NCBI GenBank assembly: GCA_958009085.1
Contig: OY253680.1
Coordinates: 434,001-498,000 of the forward strand
Direction of reading: 5' to 3'
Source of the DNA: Protoeuglena noctilucae
Taxonomy: Eukaryota
Length of the DNA stretch: 64,000 bases
In this document: one piece after another, positions 53,322-64,000 of the stretch
Layout: each line of letters begins with the position of its first letter
Position numbering within the stretch: position 1 is the stretch's first letter
The notes under the pieces: generated by a model
What the model saw: the letters and a program-made list of their open reading frames with translations, nothing else
What the model was told of the DNA's origin: nothing
Database searches by the model: none
Position numbers and translations under genes: made by a program

Positions 53322-56300
53322 ATGGTGGATGCCGGGTCGGAGGCGGGGCTGGCGGAGATGAGGGCGCTGGTGAAGTCCTGCATGAGTGAGTGGCGCATCC
53401 CCTTCGCTTGAACGCGACACGGGTCTCCCCGACCCGGCCTCAGGGCCTTCGCACCAGGCCTACTTGCGATTCGTGCTCGGGCCCGCCTCCCGCGCGTCCT
53501 CTCCGCTCTGCGATGGCCGCTTTCGATACCCCCACTCGCAGCGAGGCACATGTACCCGACGGCCGTGTTTTTTGCGGAGAAACTGGTGTGCCTGTCGATG
53601 GAGGCTCGGCATGGTGACGACTGGCCTGCTCGGCGGCCTCCGCGGAAGAATAGGCTTTTTGGCTCTTGGCGCGACGTGTCTTCTGGTTCTATTTGCAGAT
53701 GTCTTCCTCCTCGCGGAGGCGCATTTCATGAACGGCGACTACCGGCGGGCAGCACACACGCTCCAGTTCCACGGCCTGCTGGGCGGCGATGGTGGTGACA
53801 CCCGGCCTCCGGCGCGCGCATATGACCGCATGTATGGATGGGTTTCACGTGGACTCCCGATCGCGCCCATTTAACCGCGCTCTCGCAGACCCCCGGCACC
53901 GGTACTTGGCGGCAAAGAGCCTGGCCCGCGCTGGCGAATGGGCCCGGTGTCTGGAACTGACGGGTGATGGGGACGACGAGCGGCGGGAACGTCAGCTGCA
54001 GCAGGAGGTGAGGCGAGATGTTTGCGCCGCATCACGGCAGAGCCTTCGCCCGGACTGTGCCGCTGGTGGGGCCCGCTTGCTCCTTGCTCCGCCGTCCTCA
54101 CGACGTCGTGCACCAGCCGCAGATGGCCGGAGAGATATCCCAAACGGACGTGGCCCTCTACTCGGCTTGGTGCGGGGTGCGTGCGCAGGCCTTGGAGGCT
54201 TTGGGTCGCCAGGGGGGGGCGGTCAAGTGGTACAGGGCGGCCGTCTTCGCGGACCCGCGCAACTACGAGGCCCTGGCGGCTCTGTTTAGGTGAGGAGCCG
54301 AGGTGCCTTGCGCCTGCACGAGGCATGTGGGAGACGGATGCGCACATCTGGTCGGGACGCGCGAACCCGTGTGTCACCCCCGCAGTCGCCACATGCTCAC
54401 GCCGGCACAGGAAGAGACGGTGGTGTCGTCCCTGCGTGCGACACACCAGCTCCCTCCCTGGTTGTTGCCGCTCTATCAGTGTTTGCGGAAGCAGCACGGC
54501 CGGACTGCGGACGTGCAGTCGCACCTCGCGAGCTTTGGGGTCCTTGCGACCACGGACCTGGATCCGGTGGAGGCGGGGCCCGGAGGAGGCTCTCTGGCAG
54601 ACAAACTGGAGACGGGGGCGACGGCGGGGGGAGGTGAGGGCAGGGGATGTAAGCGACAGGGTGAAGGACATGCCGGCGGACCAGTAGTACTCGCCAGTTG
54701 CGTGGATGCACTAGTGGTCAGCGTCACCCTGCTAATGTGCATTCCTCCACGTAAACCTCTCGCAGAAGCGCCAGCGGGCGGTCCAAGCACCCCAAGCGCA
54801 GGTCTGTCCACGCCAGCCGACGGGAAGCTTCCATCCTGGTGCGCTGCGCATGGTGTAGTGACAGAATGGTCGCGGGCTGTTTTTTGTTCATATGCTGGCG
54901 CAATGCTCCCAGATGTATGGCCTTGGAAAAGCGCAGGGTCTCCCTGCTACCCTGTCTTGTGCCCACAACTGTGCACGGTGCGCCCCTGCAGGGTCGCGAA
55001 AATGCCAGCCCGGCGTCGGCTTCCGAAGCCCGCCGACGCGGACCTGGACCGCGAGGTGGGCGCTGCCACGAGCACGCCCTCTTCCGACACAGGCGACACG
55101 TCCCGGTGCGCGTCCCTCGCGTGGGGTCCCCGAGCGCGGGAAGCCGGGCCGGCGCGCGGTGCGGGCGAGGCGAGCACTTCGGGCCCCGCTGCCCCGATCG
55201 CGGACCTGTCGGACAGCGTGGACGTGGCGTGGGTGCATGCCACGTGGCTCCTGGAGGCCGGGAGCCCCCGGCGGTGTTTGGACGTGACACGCCCCGCGCT
55301 GCAGCGGGACGCGGGGCATGAGGGCCTGATCGAGGCGCACGCGGCGGCCCTGCACGCGCTGGGGGACAAGGAGGCGCTGTTTGTGCTGGGGCATCGGCTG
55401 GCACGCGAGGTGCCTGGCAGAGCAGTCACGTGGTTTGTCGTGGGGACCTATTACCTGGTGAGAGGGCGCAGCAAGGGCCGCTGTACAGTGCGTCTGTCAT
55501 TCGCTCAGCGTGGCATGGCTGAGTCGGGCGCTCTGGGTCGCCCGCAGACATGTCGCCGGTGGGAGGAGGCGCGCAGGTACTTCAGCAAGGCGACGGGTAT
55601 GCCCGAGGGGCAATGGCTGGCATCGGCGTGGCTGGGGTTCGGCCACGCCTTTGCGATGGGTGACGAATCCGACCAGGCAATGGCTGCCTATCGGACGGCG
55701 GCGCGCCTGTTCCCGGGGCTGCACCTGCCGTTGGTCGGCATTGGCACAGAGAGCCAGCGCATCAACAACCTGGAACTGGCAAGTCCGCGTCACGCATGTG
55801 CTCCTTGCGTCATGCGTGATGGGGATGAGGCGTCCGCCTTCCTGCCATAGCCATGTGCCCTCTCGCCCCGCCGACACGAGGCCACTCATCAGATAAGATG
55901 GGTTGTTCGCATGTGATGATCATGATTCCTTCTGTCTCATCCACAGGCGGATAAGCTGTTGGAGCACGCGGTCACACTGTGCCCAGGGTCGGCCCTGGCG
56001 CATCACGAGCTCGGAGTGGTGGCCTACCGCCTGGGGGACGTGGGCAGGGCCGAGCGGGAGTTCCGGGAAGCGCTGTCCTTGGTCCCTGGGTGAGTGGGGG
56101 CGGCAGGATGGCTTCTCATGAGGGAGTGCAGGGACGCCTGCTGTCCCTGGTGGCAAGTACTGCCAATGCAGGGATGTAGGCAGCATTGGGTAGCTGATGC
56201 AATGTCGTTATGGAGAGCTGGCTGTGTCTCATGGCTGTGCCTGTGATGCGCTGCAGGTACCTGGGCCGCTCGTGGGCCGCCACGGTGGTGTGCCTGGGGC

Positions 56301-56551
56301 ACTGCCAGCGCAAGCGGCGGGATTTCACCGGTGCGCTGCGTTCCTACCGGTGGGCGCTGGCGCTGGAACCCGGGTGCGCGAGCACTCGAGCCGCGGAGGC
56401 CTTCACCCGTCACCTGGCGGGAGACCTGGCGGGTGCCATCGACGGGTACCATCAAGCGCTGGCCGTGCAGCCGGGGCACGCCTTCGCCAACGACCTCCTG
56501 GCCGTCGCGGTCGAGCAGCACGCGCGGGAGGACGTGTTCAGCGCAGTCTAG
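53322..56551 (+). CDS. APC6: Anaphase-promoting complex subunit 6 (CDC16)
   Basis: HMYPTAVFFAEKL, RYLAAKSL, ADPRNYEA, AVTWFVVGTYY, ARRYFSKAT, AWLGFGHAFA..DESDQAMAAYRTAARLFPGLHLP and HELGVVAY. About 10 introns, including GC-AG 55779-55946. Confidence 0.93.
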
Positions 56552-56741
56552 TGGGCGGGCTGGCGATCCGTCATTGCCAGTGCAGGGCTGGGTCTGGGTC
56601 ATTGAAGGTCCGTCGTCTGATCTCGCACACATCGCCAAATCGGCTCAGTGCGCCGTTGAAGGACCCAAGGGCCCTTTTAGGCCGACGTACAGGGCCCCTC
56701 CGCGCCGACCTTTTTGCTGAAGAGAGCTCTAGTGCGTGACG

Positions 56742-58574
56742 ATGGCGGCGTGCAAATCTACGATCGACTGGGGTCGAACTACCATCCCGCGATGCCGGGC
56801 GGTCGTGCGGCCTCTTCCGCGGAGGAGCGTGTGGGTGGCAGTGCGGGATGCGCCTCAGGCGAGCGCTGGCGGCCGACGACTTGCTGCTTGCGCATCCCAG
56901 AGCCTGCTGACACATTGATCGGTTGGAAATCGGGCTCGCGCGTGGCTCGCACGACGCGCTGGCCTCGGCTGGGACGAGGACCTAAACGCGCACTCCCCCG
57001 CCGCGCCACGAGGGATGCGGGCTGACCGATTCTGCATCGCTGTTTCTGTTGCCAGTTCACGTGTGCTGACAATTGTCTCTTGGCCTGGCGGGCTTTTGCC
57101 TGGCGCAGGTGGGTCCAGGTCAGCCCTTGCGCACCTTCCGTGGCGCGCATACGTCTTCCCACTCTCGACGCAGGCATCCAAGCAAGGTTTGGGGTCTTGG
57201 AGTCCACTCACGCGGCCACAGACTACCGTGCGGGTGAGTCGGCGCTTGGCTGCCGTGCGAGCGGTAGATGGGCAGTTGGCATCGCCTCCTGGCCTGGTCA
57301 AGAGCGTCAACGGAGGCCCGCGCGCAGGATGAGGTGGCATGGGAGGAAACGGATCCAGTGCGAGGCGTGGAGGGCGCGTCGCGGCGGCGGGTGTCCGTCT
57401 ACCGCGGCCTGGCCGGGGACGACTTCCGCCACCCACTGGATCAGCAGAACACGACGATGCTCCGGGGGTTGCCAGGGCTCGAAATGATCGCGAAAAATCT
57501 GATGGGTCCCGTCGCGGAGCAGGTCCTCCTCCTCGAGAACATCGGCACGAGCGTGCGCATCGGCCCACAGCAGCTGAGCAGGTGAGGCCTGTGCAGGGCC
57601 ACGGCAGGCGCCATCGCTGGCCGGGTCTTTGCTCAAGCGTCAGGGCTATCGACCGGCACTCCATTTGGCCAATGGGACTCATCAACCCCGCCCCGCACTG
57701 TTGGCGTCGCGCGATGCCACCCTTGTCTTGGCCGTTTCGCCCCGCAGCATCCACGACTTGCTCCTGGAGGCGTGTGAAATGCTGCAGATGGACCCACCGG
57801 AGCTGTACATCCGGCAGAACCCCGTCCCCAACGCCTACACCCTGGCCATCTCGGGGCGCACGCCCTTCATCGTCATCCACACGTCCCTCGTCGAGCTGCT
57901 GACGCCCAAGGAGCTGCAGGCGGTCATCGCACACGAACTCGGGTGACTCAATCAACGCCGGCCGCCTCTCAGCCTCCGACCCGCATCCAGTGATGCTGGG
58001 TCACACCTTGCTCGCTCACTGCCGCCCTGTCCTCCGCCCCAGGCACCTCAAGTGCGAGCACGGCGTGTGGCTGACGCTGGCCAACATCGTGGCCATGGGC
58101 GCCGCGTCGGTGCTCCCCCTGGTGTCGTCCGCCATTGAGGAGTCGTTACTGCGGTGGCTGCGGGCGGCCGAGCTGTCCTGCGACCGGGCGGCCCTGCTGG
58201 TCGCGCAGGACTCGCGCGTGGTCATTTCCGCGCTCATGAAGCTCGCGGGCGGCACCCCCAAGCTGGCGGCCGAGCTGAACGTCGACGAGTTCCTCAAGCA
58301 GGCCCGGAGCTACGACGAGGCCACCAACTCCCCCATCGGATGGTACCTGCGCAACGCCCAGAACCGACAGCTCAGGTGAGCGCTTTACCCAAGAGCTGCG
58401 GCGCGAGACTGCAGCTTTTGTTGACCGCCCCTGCGGTCCTCTCCACCATGAGCTGAGGGGCGTCCCGCTGCCTTCTCTTCCCGCAGCCACCCGCTGCCGG
58501 TCATGCGCGCTCGAGAGATCGACCGGTGGTACGACTCGGCACAGTACCGTCTCTTGGTGGAGCGCAACGCCTGA
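56742..58574 (+). CDS. PGM48: Plastoglobule M48 metallopeptidase
   Basis: DDFRHPLDQQNT, LLENIGTSV, LYIRQNPVPNAYTLA, VIAHELG|HLKCEHG (HExxH), RAAELSCDRAALLV and HPLPVMRA. The 5' exons encoding a transit-like peptide from 56742 are tentative. Confidence 0.9.
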
Positions 58575-58879
58575 CAGGACACCTACGCTTACTGACCTCT
58601 CAAGCGCCAGGCACCCGTCGCACCCTTCCTGCCTAGTTCTCTCGTGCTGTCCCGGTTGTCTCGTCCCTGTTCTCTTCGTCGTAGGCACAGCAAGTCTCAG
58701 CCCTTGCAGCCTCTCCGCTCTGCCCATGCACGGCCATGGGACCACAGGTTTCGCGACCACATCTTTCAAACAGTCACTGCCTTACTCGTACATCCCATCC
58801 ATTCCCTCCCGGCGGTTCCAGATTCCATCGCCCACACTGGCAAAGCCCTATCCACACGCACCTACCAGCGACTATGGGC

Positions 58880-61800
58880 CTAGGCCACGACTCCCTTAAG
58901 GGCCTCGAGCACGGCCAGGCACACGTGGGGCGCCTGGCTCTTGAGCATGGCGCGCACGCCGGGGGCACCCGGGGTGACCCGCACGTCCAGAAGCACCAGG
59001 GAGCCTCCCAGGACGCGGGCGGAGGCGAAGACGCACACCTCGCCGGCGTTGCCGGGGCGCGAGTGCACCACGCCCATGCCCGCCGCGCGCAGCCGCGCCG
59101 CCAGGTCCGCCTCCCCGCTGACCGAGGCCGGCAGCGACTGGTACCCCTCGGTCCCCGCGGGCAGGGCCGGCCACGACTGCACGAACTCCTGCGCGGCCAC
59201 GGGCGGGCCCTGGACCACGAGGGCCTCGGCGGTGTAGGGCAGCTCGAAGTACACCACCCCGGCGTGGGGGGTCTTGACGGCCACCTGCAGGGACCCACGG
59301 CCGGGGGGCGAGGCGGCGGCGGGGTTGGGCGAGAGGGGCACGACGCCGACGGCGAGGGCGTTGGGCGGGATGGTGGCCGGCTGGAGTGGGATGACGCTGT
59401 CGGCTGGGCCCGTGATCCTGGGGGACAGGAGCGAGGGGCGGGGACCGTCAGAGGCCGGTGACACGGGGCGCCGGAGAAAAACGGGATGTCGAAGGCGTCT
59501 CCACTCACCCGAAGGCGTTCTTGTTGAGCTGGATGAGCATGGCGCCCAGGGGCTGGTTGGTGAGGTTGCGGACGGCCACGCGGATGCCCGGGCCTGCCAC
59601 GAGGCGCGCCGACACCTCGATGCCCTTGCCCTGGGAGGCCGGCAGCACCACCGGCATGTCGCTGCGCGCTGCGCCCGCGCCCGCACCCGCGCTACCCGCG
59701 GGCAAACCCCCAAGGCCGCCCAGGAGGTCCTCCAGGCCGCCGCCCACCGAGGGAGCCGCGGTCGGCGCGGCCGCCCCAGTGCCGAGCTGCGGGGAGGCGC
59801 AGGTGGCGGGATGTCGTCGCGGCAAGTAAACGGGGCATCTCACGAGCACCCCTCGCCCAGGACGGACAGACATGCGCGTCACGGTCGCCGCGACCCATGC
59901 TGAGCTGCGGCAGCCGGCATCCAAACGCATGCAGTTCGATGGACTTCGTAAGCCCCATGTTCATCCACCCGCTTTGCCCCTCACCAGGTCGCCCAGGCCC
60001 CCCGCGGGCTGCGCGGCGGCCGGCGCGGCTGGCGCGTCGTCGACTGCCAGGAGGTCCACCAGCCCCCCCGCGCCGCCCGCGTCCACGAGGGACCCCTGGT
60101 CCACGCCGGAGTCGGCCATGATGCCGCCCTCCTCCTCCACCTCCCTGCGCCGCACCGCCTCCAGGTCCGCCAGGCGCTGCACGTTGACGCGCCCCCGGGC
60201 GATGAAGGTGTCGCCCGGGCGGTGGTAGACGCTTGCCAGGGTGGCGATGGAGGCAAGGAGCTCGTCGCGCAGGGAGGGGTCCATGCGCGCGGCCTCGGTC
60301 GTGATGCGCGGCTTCTCGGCCAGGACCACCCCCCGGGCGGCGTCGGGGTCGTTGGAGAGCAGGCGCCAGTAGATGTATGCGCGGTCGCGCAGGTCGGGGT
60401 TGTCCGTCTCGTTCGTGGCGGCGGACAGCACAAGCTGAATCATGCGCTGCGTGTCCTCGGTGGGCCTCTGGAGGAAGAGCTTCACCGCCGCCGTCAGCAG
60501 CTGCAGCTGCACGGCCGCGGGTTCCTCGGGGAAGCCCTCCAGGAAGATTTCGAGGAGCTCCGGGGCGTTGTCGATGCGCTCGGCGTACTCCCCGATGATC
60601 CAGACCATGGATGCCTTGGCCTCGGGCTCGTCCAGGCTGTCGAGGTTCTCGCAGAGCGTGGCGATGACGCTCTCGTACCGGTTGGGGTACCTGGGGGGTG
60701 GGAGAGGCCAGGCGGGCGTGGGTGCGGCGTGGAACGATGACGTGGGATTAATATGATGCGTCACGAGATGGTACACATGGCAAGGTGGGCACGACGCGCC
60801 GCATAAGCACGGAGCCGTCCCAGGGGGACATCGGAGTCGCGCCTCACTTGCGGAAGATGTCCTTGATGACGATGATGGCCTCCTGCACCACGTAGTTGAC
60901 CTTGGTCTTGATGAGCTCCACCAGCACCCCCACGCACTTCTCCGTGGCCGCCTCGAGGCCGTCCTTAATGGCGCACGCCCCCACGGCCCGCACCGACTTG
61001 CGCACGAACTCCATGTCCACCTCCGTGGCGTACTCCTTCAGCTCCAGCAGCACCTGGTCGATGTTGGTCGGGCTCGCCAGCGTGGTCAGGATGTCCAGCT
61101 TCTCCATCTTGACGTACAGCGGGTCGTTGTACTTGCAGAAGAAGACCTTGACCTCGTTCGACAGGATCTGCGGGGGCAAGCGGGGGGCGGAGGAGGAGCT
61201 GAGGCGAACACAGCAGAAGGCAGGGGTGTGGTGGCGCCTGGCGCATGGCCGGCTGGTGCAAGGGCGGCTGGCAGGTGGGCAGCAGGTGAAGAGTCGGCTG
61301 GTGCATGGCCGGCAGGTGCAAGGGCGGCTGGCTAGCACATGGGCTTCTCGCCTGGGGCCAGCGCTGGAGGATGATCTGGATGTTGCGGAGTGCCACGTAC
61401 TGGATCTCCGCCTCGTTGGACAGTAACGACACGAGGGGAGGGGCCAGGCGGCGGCAGTAGGTCTGCGCGGCCGTCTGGTCGACCATCGCGTTCATGCACC
61501 GCAGGACGACCTTCATGGCCGACAGCACCACGGCGCAGTTGGCGTGCTGCAGGCGCGGCGTGACTGCGGGGGGGACGCAGTGGGCCGCGTTGCATGCGAC
61601 GCCTCCGCAACTCTCCTCTCGTCGCGACACCCTGCGCAATCTGTGCCGCAGCGCCCCGTCCACTCTGTGCTTGCCGCCGAGCCTCGACGGACGGCAACCG
61701 TGGGTGACACATCGACGGTGCGCCTCGCGCGCCTCACCTCGCTCGATGATGGACTGGCACTCCTTGTCCGTGCTGGGCACGAGCCGCGCCAGGGCGTCGA

Positions 61801-63167
61801 GGATGAAGACCTGCCCCCACTCGGTGCACTCGTTGACGGCCGCGAGCAGCTTGTTCTGCGCCATGGGCCCCAGCGACTGGATCATGTCCGTCCCCGACAC
61901 CTCCTGGATCTCCGCCAGCGCCGCCACCGCGTTGGCCACCACCATCGGGTTCGGGTCCGACATCATGTCGCGCAGGGTCTCGGGGAACCCGCGGTCGTTA
62001 ACCAGCTGCGGGAGGAGAGGCGCGGTGCGTGTGGGAGGAGCGGGGAGTGAGCCAGAGACACCCACGCTCGTCGGGGTGCCTTCACTCTGAAAGCACTGCC
62101 GGGCTGTTGGCAGGCAGGTTGGGATGGCATCCCAGGTCACCTCGGGGGAGATGTCGTAGAGCTTGGCCACACACACCGCCGCCGTCTTGCGGACGTATGG
62201 GTCCGTGTCGCGCAGCGCTTGCTGGAGGGGGTCGCAGATGTACTCGGTGATCTTGTCCACGCGGATGCAGCCCATGGTGCGGACGGCCTGCCGGGGGAGG
62301 GGGCAGAGGGGTGAGCGGCGGCACACAGCTGTGGGGGTGGGGGCACGTTGCTGGGGCTGTCGTGCGCGACAGGCCGACAGGCGCCCTCACCAGCGCGCGG
62401 ATGAGCGGGTTAGGGTCCTGCGTCAAGTCCTTCACGAACGTGTTGACCGCCTGCGGTCGCGGGAGGGCAGCACGCGTCGCCCTGACGCGTGCGTCGGTGC
62501 TGTGAGCCCAATTGGGGCCCTGCGGCGACGCCCGGCCGCAGCAAAGATGCGAACACTGATTTGCTTGCGCAGCGCACCAGCAGCGTCAAATCGGGCTTGG
62601 TCTTGGCGTAGTTGATGAGGTACAAGTACACGAGCTTCTTCAGCTCCAAGTCGTCGGTCTGTGGGCACGGAACCCGGCGCATCGTCCGGCTCGGACGAAT
62701 GCTGCAGCTTCGTGCCATTCGGCGGCCACAGCGCCGGCCCCAGGAGCGGACTAACGGGCCAACTCTGGCGGCTCCCCCCAAGCCAGCCTGTAACGGCAGC
62801 CTCCCGGGGCGACCGGGGCCACATAGCGGGCCCCGCGAGCGACCGAACCTCGTCGTTTGCAAAACAAAATCAGCTCCCCGCTTCGGGGCGAGCCGAAGTC
62901 GCGGAGCGCGTGCCCCCGGCCCCGCCCTGCAGTTAAAACGCCGCGTCCCGCGCTCGCCTGCATGCATTTGACGACGTCGCCGAAGAGGCTGGACACGTCC
63001 TTCCCCACCGTCATAGCGGCGATGATGCGCTTGATGCCGTCCTTCTTGGCATTCTTGTCCGTACTGCGGATGGCCTCGCCCCACTCCACCACCTCCCCCT
63101 TCTTGGTCGTGCTGAAGAACCCCGCGTCCTTCTTCCCGCGGAACCTCGCAGCCAGGTTCTGAATCAT
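58880..63167 (-). CDS. AP1B1: AP-1/AP-2 complex beta subunit (beta-adaptin)
   Basis: [89 protein letters not shown] and appendage IQLNKNAFG. Two GC-AG introns. Confidence 0.95.
61238..61332. repeat. Degenerate 15-bp minisatellite (about 6 copies) in a beta-adaptin GC-AG intron
   Basis: ctggcgcatggccgg ctggtgcaagggcgg ctggcaggtgggcag caggtgaagagtcgg ctggtgcatggccgg caggtgcaagggcgg ctggc. Confidence 0.8.
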
Positions 63168-63620
63168 CCTGGCTGCGCCGGCAGGGGCGGGGACGGGGTC
63201 CCAGGGAAGCGCACGCGCCGGGCAGGGACCTTCAGGGGCCACGCAGGCGGATCCACCCCGTCTTCGCTGAGGCTGCGGGCGCCGATGTGCAGCGATCCCC
63301 TCTAGAATGCGGTTGGCGTGGAGGGGACCGCGCGGGGGCGGTTGAAGAGGCTGTCCGACTGGCAGGGCCGGTCAGAAACGCGCCAACTGGCCCATCCGCG
63401 CTCTGCCGGACTCCCAGGAGCGAGTCAAAGAACATTTTAGCTCTGTACGAACCTCTCCGCTCGCTCCATCGAGTCGCGGAGGGCCAGGGCCGCCCTTCTC
63501 GAGTCTCCCCTCAGGCGCCTGGAGTTGCGGTCTTGACAGCGGTCGGGAGGAAGAAGGCACATGTCGGCTCTCAGCGCCTGCGGGCGGGGGGCTCGGCTGT
63601 CCGGCTGCCAGCGACCCCCC

Positions 63621-64000
63621 ATGATTTCTTCCCAGATCATGGCGCCATCTCGGACCGCCCCGCCCCGGCGGCCGATCGCTGCCGCGGGTGAGATTCGATG
63701 CCTCGATACGAATGAGCGTCGCGGTCACGGCCATCGCGACCCCTGCGGCCCCGCACATCTCCCCGCGCGCGCAGCCCACACCCCGCGGACTGTACCCGAC
63801 GCAGCAACCCCCCAGAAGCCCGAGACGGCGAAGGAGGCGCTGCAGCGACGCAAGCGCGAGTCGGAGGAGGTCATGACACGCATTGAGAACGTCTACAGCG
63901 TGGAGGACTTGAATTCCCAGCTCGAGAGGGCCGGCGGCAAGGTGGGCCAGGCAGCCCCGCTCCCCGCGTCTTCTGAAGCGCCCTTGCCCCCCATCACCCG
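63621..64000 (+). CDS. Plastid thioredoxin-like protein (possibly CDSP32-like), 5' part only
   Basis: Transit-like MISSQIMAPSRTAPPRRPIAAA|A...KEALQRRKRESEEVMTRIENVYSVEDLNSQLERAGGK, then a donor at 63942. This resembles the start of a thioredoxin fold, but the active site lies outside the window. Confidence 0.5.
   Translation, partial: MISSQIMAPSRTAPPRRPIAAAGEIRCLDTNERRGHGHRDPCGPAHLPARAAHTPRTVPDAATPQKPETAKEALQRRKRESEEVMTRIENVYSVEDLNSQLERAGGKVGQAAPLPASSEAPLPPIT

Overview
This window is eukaryotic nuclear DNA, not prokaryotic. It is very GC-rich (about 70% by eye), gene-dense (about 28 intron-containing genes) and has short introns and very short intergenic gaps. Plastid-type genes (PGM48, plastid-type pyrophosphatase, a CBSX-like protein, GatC, a thioredoxin-like protein) and a tubulin deglutamylase (CCP5) point to a compact, probably flagellated green alga. 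The six-frame ORF track is mostly misleading because of splicing, so I rebuilt gene models by hand from conserved protein motifs and splice sites. CDS coordinates are start-to-stop gene spans, and some starts are tentative. Recognisable genes in order: TPK1 (partial), WD40 protein, SDR, pyrophosphatase, CLC, RPS28, OLA1, CBS-DCC fusion, FAH, GatC, TPR-RING, CCP5, GT71, a 65-aa membrane protein, AP4M1, MCM5, METTL6-like, coiled-coil protein, PSMB1, NOPCHAP1, SMAP-domain protein, hypothetical, AHA1, RWDD3, APC6, PGM48, beta-adaptin and a thioredoxin-like protein (partial). The most notable observations are: (1) two box C/D snoRNAs between MCM5 and METTL6, each with two 18S-complementary elements, apparently inside an intron of a non-coding or 5'-UTR host; (2) about 20 GC-AG introns, roughly 15% of introns; (3) TTGAA recurring in 3' UTRs where the chlorophyte TGTAA poly(A) signal was not seen; (4) a plastid CBS-pair plus DCC (DxxCxxC) redox fusion protein; (5) a possible small-ORF/AP4M1 bicistron. 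No database searches were run, and rRNA and protein comparisons are from memory.
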